A DNA stretch of 32,000 bases from Cylindrospermopsis raciborskii Cr2010 (GTDB lineage: Bacteria; Cyanobacteriota; Cyanobacteriia; Cyanobacteriales; Nostocaceae). A program made the position numbers and the translations under genes. How positions within the stretch are numbered: position 1 is the stretch's first letter; every line of letters begins with the position of its first letter. Below the pieces are notes generated by a model that worked only from the letters and a program-made list of their open reading frames with translations, made no database searches and was not told the origin of the DNA. The stretch is from assembly GCF_003367075.2 (NCBI RefSeq), contig NZ_CP065936.1, forward strand, positions 1,710,001 to 1,742,000, given 5' to 3'. Below, piece after piece: positions 15,713 to 22,895 of the stretch.

Positions 15713-16690
15713 ATGGTTAATTCAGATGATATCCTCGCTAGAATTCAAAAGATAGAAAGCTACCTATCTACAGCTGATGCAAGAAACAATGGCCCGGTCA
15801 TGGTTACTGGTGCTTGTAATATGGAAAAAATTATTCCCGTAAATATCTCGGAAGAGGAAATAATAGAAGTTTATAATGAAGTACCCGGGGTTTTACTCAG
15901 AAACTCAATTGTTACACAGTTAACTGATGCAAGTTATCGGGATGGAGACCAGCCCATTATTTTACAACCCGATGACTATGGTAAGTATTGGTTAATTGTC
16001 TCGGATGAAGATAACATTTTTGTTATACCCTCTATTGAGGTTAAGTCTTATATTTATAGACTAAAAAGCATGGCTAAAGTATTTGATTTTCAGGGTGGTA
16101 GTCCTTCTACAGATAATCATTATTTATTAATTAAACCCGCAAGATTCCAGACTTTACCCAGTGGAAGGGAATGGAAAATGGAGGAAAAGGGGATTTTAGA
16201 GTTTACTAATCATGGTGGAAAAGATTCACTGGCTAAATCTTTGCACAAGTCTATACAGAATAATCAGACAAATACCAATTCGGAAATCTCGAAAATTCAT
16301 CAGGAGTTAAATAAGATAAAATCTCAATTAGAACATATTTCTTCCCAGGGAGACTGGCAAGCTTCTATATCCGAAATAAGAGACAATCAAGCAAATACCA
16401 ATTTGGAACTCATGAGAGCTAATCAACAATTAGACCGACAGTTAAATGAGATAAAATCTCAATTAGAACAAGTTACCCCCCAGGAAGATTGGCAATCTCT
16501 TATTTGGGAAATAAGAGATAATCAAGCAAATACCAATTTGGAACTCAGGAGAGCTAATCGACAGTTAGACCGTCAATTAAATGATATTAGCTCCCAACTG
16601 GAGCAGTTGAGATCCCAAGATATTAGACTCCAAATAGATTTACTCAGGGTACGCTTAGAATCTTTAGAGAGCAGGTCAAGTAGAGATTAA
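15713..16690 (+). CDS. Soluble protein with N-terminal shared domain followed by 45-aa coiled-coil repeats (paralog 4)
   Basis: The shared domain at 15851-16204 (…GKYWLIVSDEDNIFVIPS…LLIKPARF…EWKMEEKGILEF) aligns with the C-termini of paralogs 1-3. A Q/N/L-rich repeat region follows. Confidence 0.75.
   Translation: MVNSDDILARIQKIESYLSTADARNNGPVMVTGACNMEKIIPVNISEEEIIEVYNEVPGVLLRNSIVTQLTDASYRDGDQPIILQPDDYGKYWLIVSDEDNIFVIPSIEVKSYIYRLKSMAKVFDFQGGSPSTDNHYLLIKPARFQTLPSGREWKMEEKGILEFTNHGGKDSLAKSLHKSIQNNQTNTNSEISKIHQELNKIKSQLEHISSQGDWQASISEIRDNQANTNLELMRANQQLDRQLNEIKSQLEQVTPQEDWQSLIWEIRDNQANTNLELRRANRQLDRQLNDISSQLEQLRSQDIRLQIDLLRVRLESLESRSSRD
16253..16645 (+). repeat. Intragenic tandem repeat, about three units (41, 45 and 45 aa; 135-bp period)
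   Basis: The units start at 16253, 16376 and 16511. Units 2 and 3 both begin IRDNQANTNLEL[MR]RAN[QR]QLDRQLN[ED]I and are highly similar at the nucleotide level. Confidence 0.85.
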
Positions 16691-16725
16691 CTAGAGTATT
16701 AAGTCTTCACGGATTAAAATGCCTA

Positions 16726-17427
16726 TTGTATACTACTATGAAGACTTTTGATCCTGTCCACTCAACAATTTCTTCCATGAAACCACAACTCCTTGTTTAT
16801 GTCCCACCCCATCCCTTAATTAAACACTGGTTGTCTGTAGCTCGTGAAGCAGCTACCCCTTCAGTGCTATTCCGCTCTGCTATTACCGAATTAGGAAGGT
16901 GGTTAACCTATGAAGCCACTAGAGAATGGCTACCTACTCAAGAAAGCGTAGTTCAAACACCTTTAGCTCCATGCTCAGCTACTTTTATCAATTCACAAGT
17001 ACCCTTAGCAGCTGTCCCCGTTCTCCGTGGGGGATTGGGTTTATGGGAAGGAGCACAAACTGTGTTACCCTTAGCTAGTGTTTATCATTTGGGATTAACC
17101 CGAGATGAAAAAACCCTGGAACCATCCTGTTATCTCAATAAGTTACCGGAAAAATTTGCCCCCGACACTAGGGTCTTAATTGTCGATCCTATGTTGGCCA
17201 CAGGAGGATCTATAATGGCAACAATGGCAGAATTGACACAAAGAGGTGTGGAACCAGCATTAACTCGAATTGTTTGTGTAATCGCGGCAAAACCTGCTTT
17301 GCAAAGACTAAATGCTGCTTATCCTCAATTGGTCGTCTACAGTGCCACTATTGATGAAAATCTAGATGACCAAGGATTCATTGTGCCGGGACTAGGAGAT
17401 GCAGGCGATCGCATTTTTGGTACTTAA
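16726..17427 (+). CDS. upp: Uracil phosphoribosyltransferase
   Basis: HPLIKHWLSVAR near the N-terminus, the PRPP-binding loop VLIVDPMLATGGS and the C-terminal IVPGLGDAGDRIFGT are all present. The true start may be an internal ATG at 16738 or 16777. Confidence 0.9.
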   Translation: MYTTMKTFDPVHSTISSMKPQLLVYVPPHPLIKHWLSVAREAATPSVLFRSAITELGRWLTYEATREWLPTQESVVQTPLAPCSATFINSQVPLAAVPVLRGGLGLWEGAQTVLPLASVYHLGLTRDEKTLEPSCYLNKLPEKFAPDTRVLIVDPMLATGGSIMATMAELTQRGVEPALTRIVCVIAAKPALQRLNAAYPQLVVYSATIDENLDDQGFIVPGLGDAGDRIFGT

Positions 17428-17469
17428 AAGCTACCATATTAGCTACTACTTATTGAAGGCGGTGAAAGT

Positions 17470-17808
17470 ATGAGTCAGAAAGATGGGTTTGGCAGTGGGT
17501 TTCTACTGGGGACAATTGTTGGAGGTGTGGTAGGTGGCATTTTGGGCACGGTATTAGCATCGAGAAGGGAAAGAGCAGAAACGGAGGATGGAGGTAACAG
17601 TGATGATTTAGAAATGGGTAAAGGTGGGACGAGAAGAAAACACATGAAATCAGCAGTTAGTCAAGATCTCGCCATGGAAACAGCAAGGCGGTCTCTAGAA
17701 GACAAAATTGCCCAGCTCAATGCTACAATTGATGATGTGCGAGAACAATTAAACAGTGTTAATAGTAGTTCCCCTGGTTCTTCTCAATCCTCGTTAATTC
17801 AGGAATAA
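17470..17808 (+). CDS. Small glycine-rich membrane-anchored protein (YtxH-like)
   Basis: The N-terminus GFGSGFLLGTIVGGVVGGILGTVLASRRER resembles the YtxH-type helix. The C-terminus is predicted helical. Confidence 0.5.
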   Translation: MSQKDGFGSGFLLGTIVGGVVGGILGTVLASRRERAETEDGGNSDDLEMGKGGTRRKHMKSAVSQDLAMETARRSLEDKIAQLNATIDDVREQLNSVNSSSPGSSQSSLIQE

Positions 17809-17836
17809 TCATCTAAGGTAGAAACCTCTCCTAACT

Positions 17837-18115
17837 ATGTATTTACTTTTCCAAACTTTAGCCTCCTTTGTGGAAATTTATAGCTACGTGCTAATTGTCA
17901 GAGTTCTGCTAACCTGGTTCCCACAAATTAACTGGTACAATCAGCCATTTGCTGCATTAAGTCAGGTTAGTGACCCCTATCTCAATCTGTTCCGCAATAT
18001 CATTCCTTCCCTGGGAGGTATTGATATTTCGCCTATTTTGGCCTTCTTGGTGCTTAATATAGTCTCCAGTTTGTTGGAGAACCTTAGTAGTGCAACTTCT
18101 TTAGGGGGATTTTAG
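17837..18115 (+). CDS. YggT (Ycf19) family membrane protein
   Basis: LIVRVLLTWFPQINWYNQPF...VSDPYLNLFRNIIPSLGGIDISPILAFLVL is typical of the YggT family. Confidence 0.85.
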   Translation: MYLLFQTLASFVEIYSYVLIVRVLLTWFPQINWYNQPFAALSQVSDPYLNLFRNIIPSLGGIDISPILAFLVLNIVSSLLENLSSATSLGGF

Positions 18116-18125
18116 ACCTAAGTAG

Positions 18126-18215
18126 GGAGGCACAATTATTTGTAGGATGGGTCGAGGAACGAGACCCATGCAGGCGTTGGGTTTCATACTTCAACCCAAC
18201 CTACGTTCACCTTAT
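18126..18215. repeat. Dispersed intergenic repeat of about 90 bp (SDR/MITE-like), copy A
   Basis: GGAGGCACAATTATTTGTAGGATGGGT...GTTGGGTTtcatacttcAACCCAACCTACGTTCACCTTAT. An 8-bp stem is formed by 18176-18183 and 18193-18200. The central segment differs from copy B but itself folds (ATGGGTC/GACCCAT). Confidence 0.85.
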
Positions 18216-18308
18216 ATTTATACTTACACTCGGAAAACTAGGAAATACCTTGAGAACTTTCTAGCGAATACCTTTACCTGTGGGTATGATTTAAACAGGT
18301 ATTAGTAT

Positions 18309-18746
18309 CTATTTTCGGATCATGGCGCTAAATCCTGATGCTTTAAACTGTTTCAACTTGAGTGGAGTTGGTTGATTAGCTGGTACGGAAATTCTTAACT
18401 CAAAATTACTGATACCGGGTGGTACTTGGGCAATTGACCCCAAGCGGGAGCGATTTTGTAAGATGGGGTCATTATTCGCATCATAGATTCTACCATATAC
18501 GTCAGCATCATAAACAGTTTTGTAAGTGCCATTTTGTGCCTTACCTGTGATGATAAAACAGTTAGCGAATCTGGAACTACCACTGACTACAGCACCTTGA
18601 GCTAGGTCTGAAGGACAATCTTGATAGGATAAATCGAATAGTTTAATACTAGTTAATGCTAAAGCTGATGGAGTAATTATCAATCCAAGAAAACTAGTTA
18701 AACAAACAAAAAAGACTAGGATAACTGATTTTAAACGCATAAACAC
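18309..18746 (-). CDS. Secreted or periplasmic protein of unknown function
   Basis: The N-terminal signal-like segment is MFMRLKSVILVFFVCLTSFLGLIITPSALA. The gene lies 18 bp downstream of the SLH lipoprotein gene, so the two are probably co-transcribed. Confidence 0.6.
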   Translation of the reverse strand: MFMRLKSVILVFFVCLTSFLGLIITPSALALTSIKLFDLSYQDCPSDLAQGAVVSGSSRFANCFIITGKAQNGTYKTVYDADVYGRIYDANNDPILQNRSRLGSIAQVPPGISNFELRISVPANQPTPLKLKQFKASGFSAMIRK

Positions 18747-18764
18747 ACCTTGTATAAATCACTA

Positions 18765-20126
18765 TTACTCACTCTTTAACTTTAGTGCTTCCGTCGTTGA
18801 CACTCCCTCACCTTGAGAACCAAAATAGGATATAGTCAGAGCAGCTTCACCTCTGGTCACAGCTTTTTTAGGCTGAAATAGGGTTGTATATCCAAAAACC
18901 CTTCTAATATTTGATTGTTCCCCATTTTGAAAGTCAGCTAGGACTGGTCTAAGAGCTTTTAGGTCAATCTTTGCTGTATCCTGAAAGCCCCAGGTTTGCT
19001 TGACCGCTTCCGTACTAGCATTGGGGAGAGATTGACGAGTGTCTAAGGGAACTTTCCACATTAGGAGGTTTTCCCTGGTTAGAGGTGCATCGGGACGAAA
19101 CAAGAGTTCCGTTGCATCTCCTGAGAGAGGACTGGCAATTAGTCCAGCTTCTGCTAAACCCTGAATAAAGGGAAAATCAACATCAGTGGGTGGAACATCT
19201 TTAAAGATGGGTTGGGAACCTGGGGATGGTAAACGGATTTTTTTAGCCTGCTTATTAGCATAGATCACATTGTTACCAGTTACTAACCATCTAGCAAACT
19301 CTCGACGTGTAATTATTTTGTTGGGTTCCAGTTTTTGTGGTTGCCCAGAATAGTTTTTAGTCTGTTGATTATTCCCCAGCACTTTATTATCTATGGACAA
19401 AACTCCCAACTTGCCTAAATCCTCAATTGGTTTTCTCCATTCTAATGGTACTTGTGGTAAATCGGTAAATTCCAGAGGATGGAAATTTTGATTGTAGTCA
19501 ATTTGCGCTGTAGATTGTTGAGTGGTGTTGGTTGAATCAGTTATGGTCGGTGATGGCTCAGGTTGAGACGTTATAGTGGCTCCTAAATCAGTGTTGTTTA
19601 AGTTGTTATTCAACTGATATTCAATTGTTAATTCAGTGGAGCTTCCAGGTTGATTTGCACTGGTACTAGTGACCGTTGTAGGTTTAACAGTCACCTTCAA
19701 TAATAGATCGGTTTTTCGAGCTTCAAAAATCCCATCTCCATCACTTCCTGGCTTTTGTAAAATTTGCCAGTTCTCTGTTTGCAGTTTACTAGCATAAAAA
19801 CTGGCAATCATATTACTGGGATCAGAGCTTTCCCAGCGAGTTATTGAGTATTGTGAGTTATTTTGTGCCAGTTCAACTTCTATTAACTTAGCATTAGAAT
19901 ATAAGGGAATTATTTTAGGAAAATCACTAGGTAAACCAACAACAGGTGTCGGGGGTGTTTGTTGCTGCTGAGGAACACCAAAAAGTCCCGATCTCTCCTG
20001 TAGTCGCGAGTCCGCAGCCAAATTACGTTCCCAGTTTTTAGCACCGGGTGCGTTAGCACAGGCTGTTAAGGTAGATAGCGAAACAGCTATACTAATAAAA
20101 GTAGTGGAAAGTTTATAAATAACCAC
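18765..20126 (-). CDS. SLH (S-layer homology) domain-containing lipoprotein
   Basis: A GTG start is followed by a lipobox LSTLTAC. The C-terminal part has SLH-like motifs: ITRREFARWLV, FKDVPPTDVDFPFIQGLAEAGLI, LFRPDAPLTRENLLMW and VTRGEAALTI. Confidence 0.7.
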   Translation of the reverse strand: MVIYKLSTTFISIAVSLSTLTACANAPGAKNWERNLAADSRLQERSGLFGVPQQQQTPPTPVVGLPSDFPKIIPLYSNAKLIEVELAQNNSQYSITRWESSDPSNMIASFYASKLQTENWQILQKPGSDGDGIFEARKTDLLLKVTVKPTTVTSTSANQPGSSTELTIEYQLNNNLNNTDLGATITSQPEPSPTITDSTNTTQQSTAQIDYNQNFHPLEFTDLPQVPLEWRKPIEDLGKLGVLSIDNKVLGNNQQTKNYSGQPQKLEPNKIITRREFARWLVTGNNVIYANKQAKKIRLPSPGSQPIFKDVPPTDVDFPFIQGLAEAGLIASPLSGDATELLFRPDAPLTRENLLMWKVPLDTRQSLPNASTEAVKQTWGFQDTAKIDLKALRPVLADFQNGEQSNIRRVFGYTTLFQPKKAVTRGEAALTISYFGSQGEGVSTTEALKLKSE

Positions 20127-20333
20127 AGAAAATCACAAGTATGTTTAATATTAACTACTAGACTAGCATTCCTTAACTTACTCCTTACAACACCATCCCC
20201 GACCATAAATTTTAACTTATGGAATTTATGGACATCTGGAGTGCTAAACTAGAGATGAACAAAATAACTAGTCTAACTTAAACAATTCTACCCAAGTAAC
20301 TCAGTATTTTACTATTTCTCAGGCGTTGCCAGG

Positions 20334-21548
20334 TTGTTACCAGTGCTGAAACAAGATTACATGGAAGTTTCCCAGGATCAGCCTATTCATTTTGAGGCTC
20401 CACTCCAACTGTTGCTCTTTGTTGATGGAAGACCCAAGTCTCGCCAACAAGTGCAACGAATATGCGCGTACCTACAAGATCTGGAAGTAGACTATAGTTT
20501 TGATCTGCAAATCATTGATGTCGGGCAAGAACCCTATTTAGCAGAACATTTCAGACTGGTTGCAACACCAGCTTTAGTCAAAATCCATCCAGAACCGCAA
20601 CAAACTTTGGCTGGAAGTAATATCATTGCCCAATTACAAAATTGGTGGCCACGGTGGCAAACTGCCATAGATACATCTCTAGCTTTACAGAAAGACTTAC
20701 ACGAACTTCCAGAACCAGATATTTCTATGATTCACCCCCCATCTACTATACATTCTGTGGCCCTTTCTGCTGAGCTAATTAAGTTGTCAGACCAGATTTT
20801 TTACCTCAATCAGGAAAAAGCAAAACTTCAAGAACAGTTACAATTTAAGGAACGTATCATAGCCATGCTGGCTCATGACCTTCGTAACCCTTTAACTGCT
20901 GCTGCCATAGCTATAGACACTCTTCAATCTGATTATAATTCCGATTTGGGTCAGTTTCAACGCCTAAAACCAAACTTGACGGAAAATTTACTCAAACAGG
21001 CCCGTCATCAAACCCGGATTATTGATAGGATGATAGCCGATCTGTTGGAAATCGGACGCGAAAACGATAATGATTTTAACATAGCACCACAAAGGTTGGA
21101 ATTGGGCAAACTCAGTTTTGAGGTACTAGAAGAATTACGAGACCGTTATGTTGGTAAGTCTCAAACGGTAGAGACTGATCTTCCATCTGATCTGCCTTGT
21201 GTGTATGCAGACCCAGAGAGAATTCGTCAAGTTTTGATTAATCTGTTAGACAATGCTATCAAGTATACACCCAAGGAAGGTAAAATTAGTTTAGCAGGAC
21301 TGCATCGGACAACACAAAAGGTACAATTTAGTATTGGTGATACAGGTCCTGGTATTCCCCATGAAAACCGAGATCACATTTTTGAAAATCATTTCCGTCT
21401 AGAACGAGATCAAGCAGCGGATGGTTATGGTATTGGTTTGTCCCTATGTCAACGTATTATCCGTGCCCACTACGGTCAGATTTGGGTAGATTCTACCCCT
21501 AATGGTGGCGCTTGGTTTCATTTCACTTTACCAGTATATCCTTCTTAA
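20334..21548 (+). CDS. sasA: Adaptive-response sensor histidine kinase SasA (KaiC-interacting clock output kinase)
   Basis: The N-terminal KaiB-like domain is [20 protein letters not shown]...[17 protein letters not shown]. The H-box is [13 protein letters not shown], and the HATPase N/G boxes are LLDNAIKYT and GDTGPGIP...GYGIGLSL. The track start is a TTG; the ATG at 20361 is an equally plausible start. Confidence 0.9.
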   Translation: MLPVLKQDYMEVSQDQPIHFEAPLQLLLFVDGRPKSRQQVQRICAYLQDLEVDYSFDLQIIDVGQEPYLAEHFRLVATPALVKIHPEPQQTLAGSNIIAQLQNWWPRWQTAIDTSLALQKDLHELPEPDISMIHPPSTIHSVALSAELIKLSDQIFYLNQEKAKLQEQLQFKERIIAMLAHDLRNPLTAAAIAIDTLQSDYNSDLGQFQRLKPNLTENLLKQARHQTRIIDRMIADLLEIGRENDNDFNIAPQRLELGKLSFEVLEELRDRYVGKSQTVETDLPSDLPCVYADPERIRQVLINLLDNAIKYTPKEGKISLAGLHRTTQKVQFSIGDTGPGIPHENRDHIFENHFRLERDQAADGYGIGLSLCQRIIRAHYGQIWVDSTPNGGAWFHFTLPVYPS

Positions 21549-21585
21549 TTTAGCCATTCTCAATCTTTCTAATCATTTCTTAACT

Positions 21586-21846
21586 ATGCCACACCCATTG
21601 ATGTATGAAGAGGAAAATTTTGTTGTTCTGGAAACTAACCAAGAAGAACAGTTTTTGACGAAGCTAGAATTGTTAGAAAAGTTGCAAAACACTTTAAGTC
21701 AAATGCCTATAGAAGATATACCTTTAGATGTGAGAAAAATTGGATCCTTGATAGAACAGGTGAACCATTTGATTGATACCACCTGCGAATTAGATTTGGG
21801 ACCAGGGCGATATTTACAATGGTATGCTGTCAGATTAGAAAAGTAA
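21586..21846 (+). CDS. Small conserved hypothetical protein (86 aa)
   Basis: I prefer the ATG at 21586 (MPHPLMYEEENF...) because the track ORF start at 21502 overlaps the sasA 3' end. No family was recognised with confidence. Confidence 0.5.
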   Translation: MPHPLMYEEENFVVLETNQEEQFLTKLELLEKLQNTLSQMPIEDIPLDVRKIGSLIEQVNHLIDTTCELDLGPGRYLQWYAVRLEK

Positions 21847-21864
21847 AAGCGTCTTGATATGAGA

Positions 21865-22419
21865 TTAATTAGAATGGTTGACAGTAATTAATTCCAATTC
21901 AATTTTATCTTCATTGGGCTGAGTGATTTTTACATGAACATTAGGTGCAAAATACTTAGTCATTTTCTCTTGTTTTTCCAACCATGTATCCAGAGGGATC
22001 AGGGGAGAGTCAAACTCTAGAATTAGACAATAAGCACCATCAAGGGAAGTTTCTCGCAGACTGGTGACTACGGGGCGTTCTTCATCCGTGGGATTTAAGC
22101 CTAAATATTCAAGGGCCCTATCTAAATGGGCTTGTTGTCCGTAGCAAAATCTTGTAATATCTTTACGGATTTTATTTTGGGTAATAGTAGCTTGCTGCTT
22201 CCTGAGTTCCAATACCGACTCTGTGGTAGGTTCACTAAAGGGTATTGGTTGGAGTTCATTAGCTTTGAGTGCTAAACCACCTAATAACAGGGGAAATCCA
22301 TAAAAAAACCCTACCAAATTCAAGGTCGCGTTATCCAACCCATAAGCTATAAAGCCCATAATGGTTAATATACTACCTACAGTTAAACCGAGTGTTCCCA
22401 AAGAGATTTTGCCGAACAT
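21865..22419 (-). CDS. Conserved cyanobacterial membrane protein (two N-terminal TM helices)
   Basis: ISLGTLGLTVGSILTIMGFIAYG and LVGFFYGFPLLLGGLALKA are followed by a soluble domain. The protein resembles a family widespread in cyanobacteria, but I cannot name the family with certainty. Confidence 0.6.
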   Translation of the reverse strand: MFGKISLGTLGLTVGSILTIMGFIAYGLDNATLNLVGFFYGFPLLLGGLALKANELQPIPFSEPTTESVLELRKQQATITQNKIRKDITRFCYGQQAHLDRALEYLGLNPTDEERPVVTSLRETSLDGAYCLILEFDSPLIPLDTWLEKQEKMTKYFAPNVHVKITQPNEDKIELELITVNHSN

Positions 22420-22490
22420 GATTTTAGATGCTGATCATTTATTGATATTGGCAAGTATTTTACACTATTTGGGCGCTATCTGAGATTTGC

Positions 22491-22575
22491 GGAGGCACAA
22501 TTATTTGCAGGATGGGTTAGCGAATCCATGGGGGTGTTGGGTTTCATACTTCAACCCAACCTACGTTCATCTTAT
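22491..22575. repeat. Dispersed intergenic repeat (SDR/MITE-like), copy B
   Basis: It shares both ends with copy A (GGAGGCACAATTATTTG[C/T]AGGATGGGT ... GTTGGGTTTCATACTTCAACCCAACCTACGTTCA[T/C]CTTAT). The stem is formed by 22536-22543 and 22553-22560. Confidence 0.85.
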
Positions 22576-22646
22576 CTAGCTTTTTCAGAAAATCTGTAAT
22601 AAGCTATAAATTTAACTGGTAGTATTTAAAAATACGAGGAAAACTT

Positions 22647-22829
22647 ATGGATCTGGAAACAATAAAGCAAAGAATCTCCTTAGTACAAACTAAGCGCGAA
22701 TACCTACTAGGGTTACTCGAACAGCCTAACTTGGGCACTCTTAGGGTTGATATCAATCAAGCTCTGGAAGAGTTAGATGATCTATTGGATGAGTTTAATC
22801 GTACATTTTCAAATGAAAATACGAATTAA
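22647..22829 (+). CDS. Small helical hypothetical protein (60 aa)
   Basis: The ORF is preceded by GAGGAAAA 5 nt upstream of the ATG. The sequence is helical and coiled-coil-like, with no recognised family. Confidence 0.45.
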   Translation: MDLETIKQRISLVQTKREYLLGLLEQPNLGTLRVDINQALEELDDLLDEFNRTFSNENTN

Positions 22830-22895
22830 ACTACCCACATAGAATAGAAATGGGGATATTATTTTTAGTTTATTTTGGCTTACTTGAACTTATTC

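Noticed and set aside
5151-16690. Apparent scarcity of HIP1 (GCGATCGC) in the candidate locus as evidence for foreign origin
   Set aside because: By eye I found one site (7231-7238) in about 11.5 kb here, against five (17405, 24400, 29298, 29406, 31276) in about 15 kb of core sequence. With counts this small the difference is not statistically meaningful, and my scan may have missed sites.
16701-16747. 9-bp inverted repeat (AAGTCTTCA at 16701-16709 and TGAAGACTT at 16739-16747) overlapping a possible upp start codon, considered as a terminator or translational regulator
   Set aside because: The 29-nt AT-rich loop makes it thermodynamically weak, there is no U-tract, and the true upp start is uncertain. 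The evidence is insufficient to call it a feature.
21502-21585. Upstream extension of the small ORF overlapping the sasA 3' end
   Set aside because: The extension overlaps sasA by 47 nt and encodes hydrophobic, low-information sequence. The internal ATG at 21586 gives a compact product that starts after the sasA stop.
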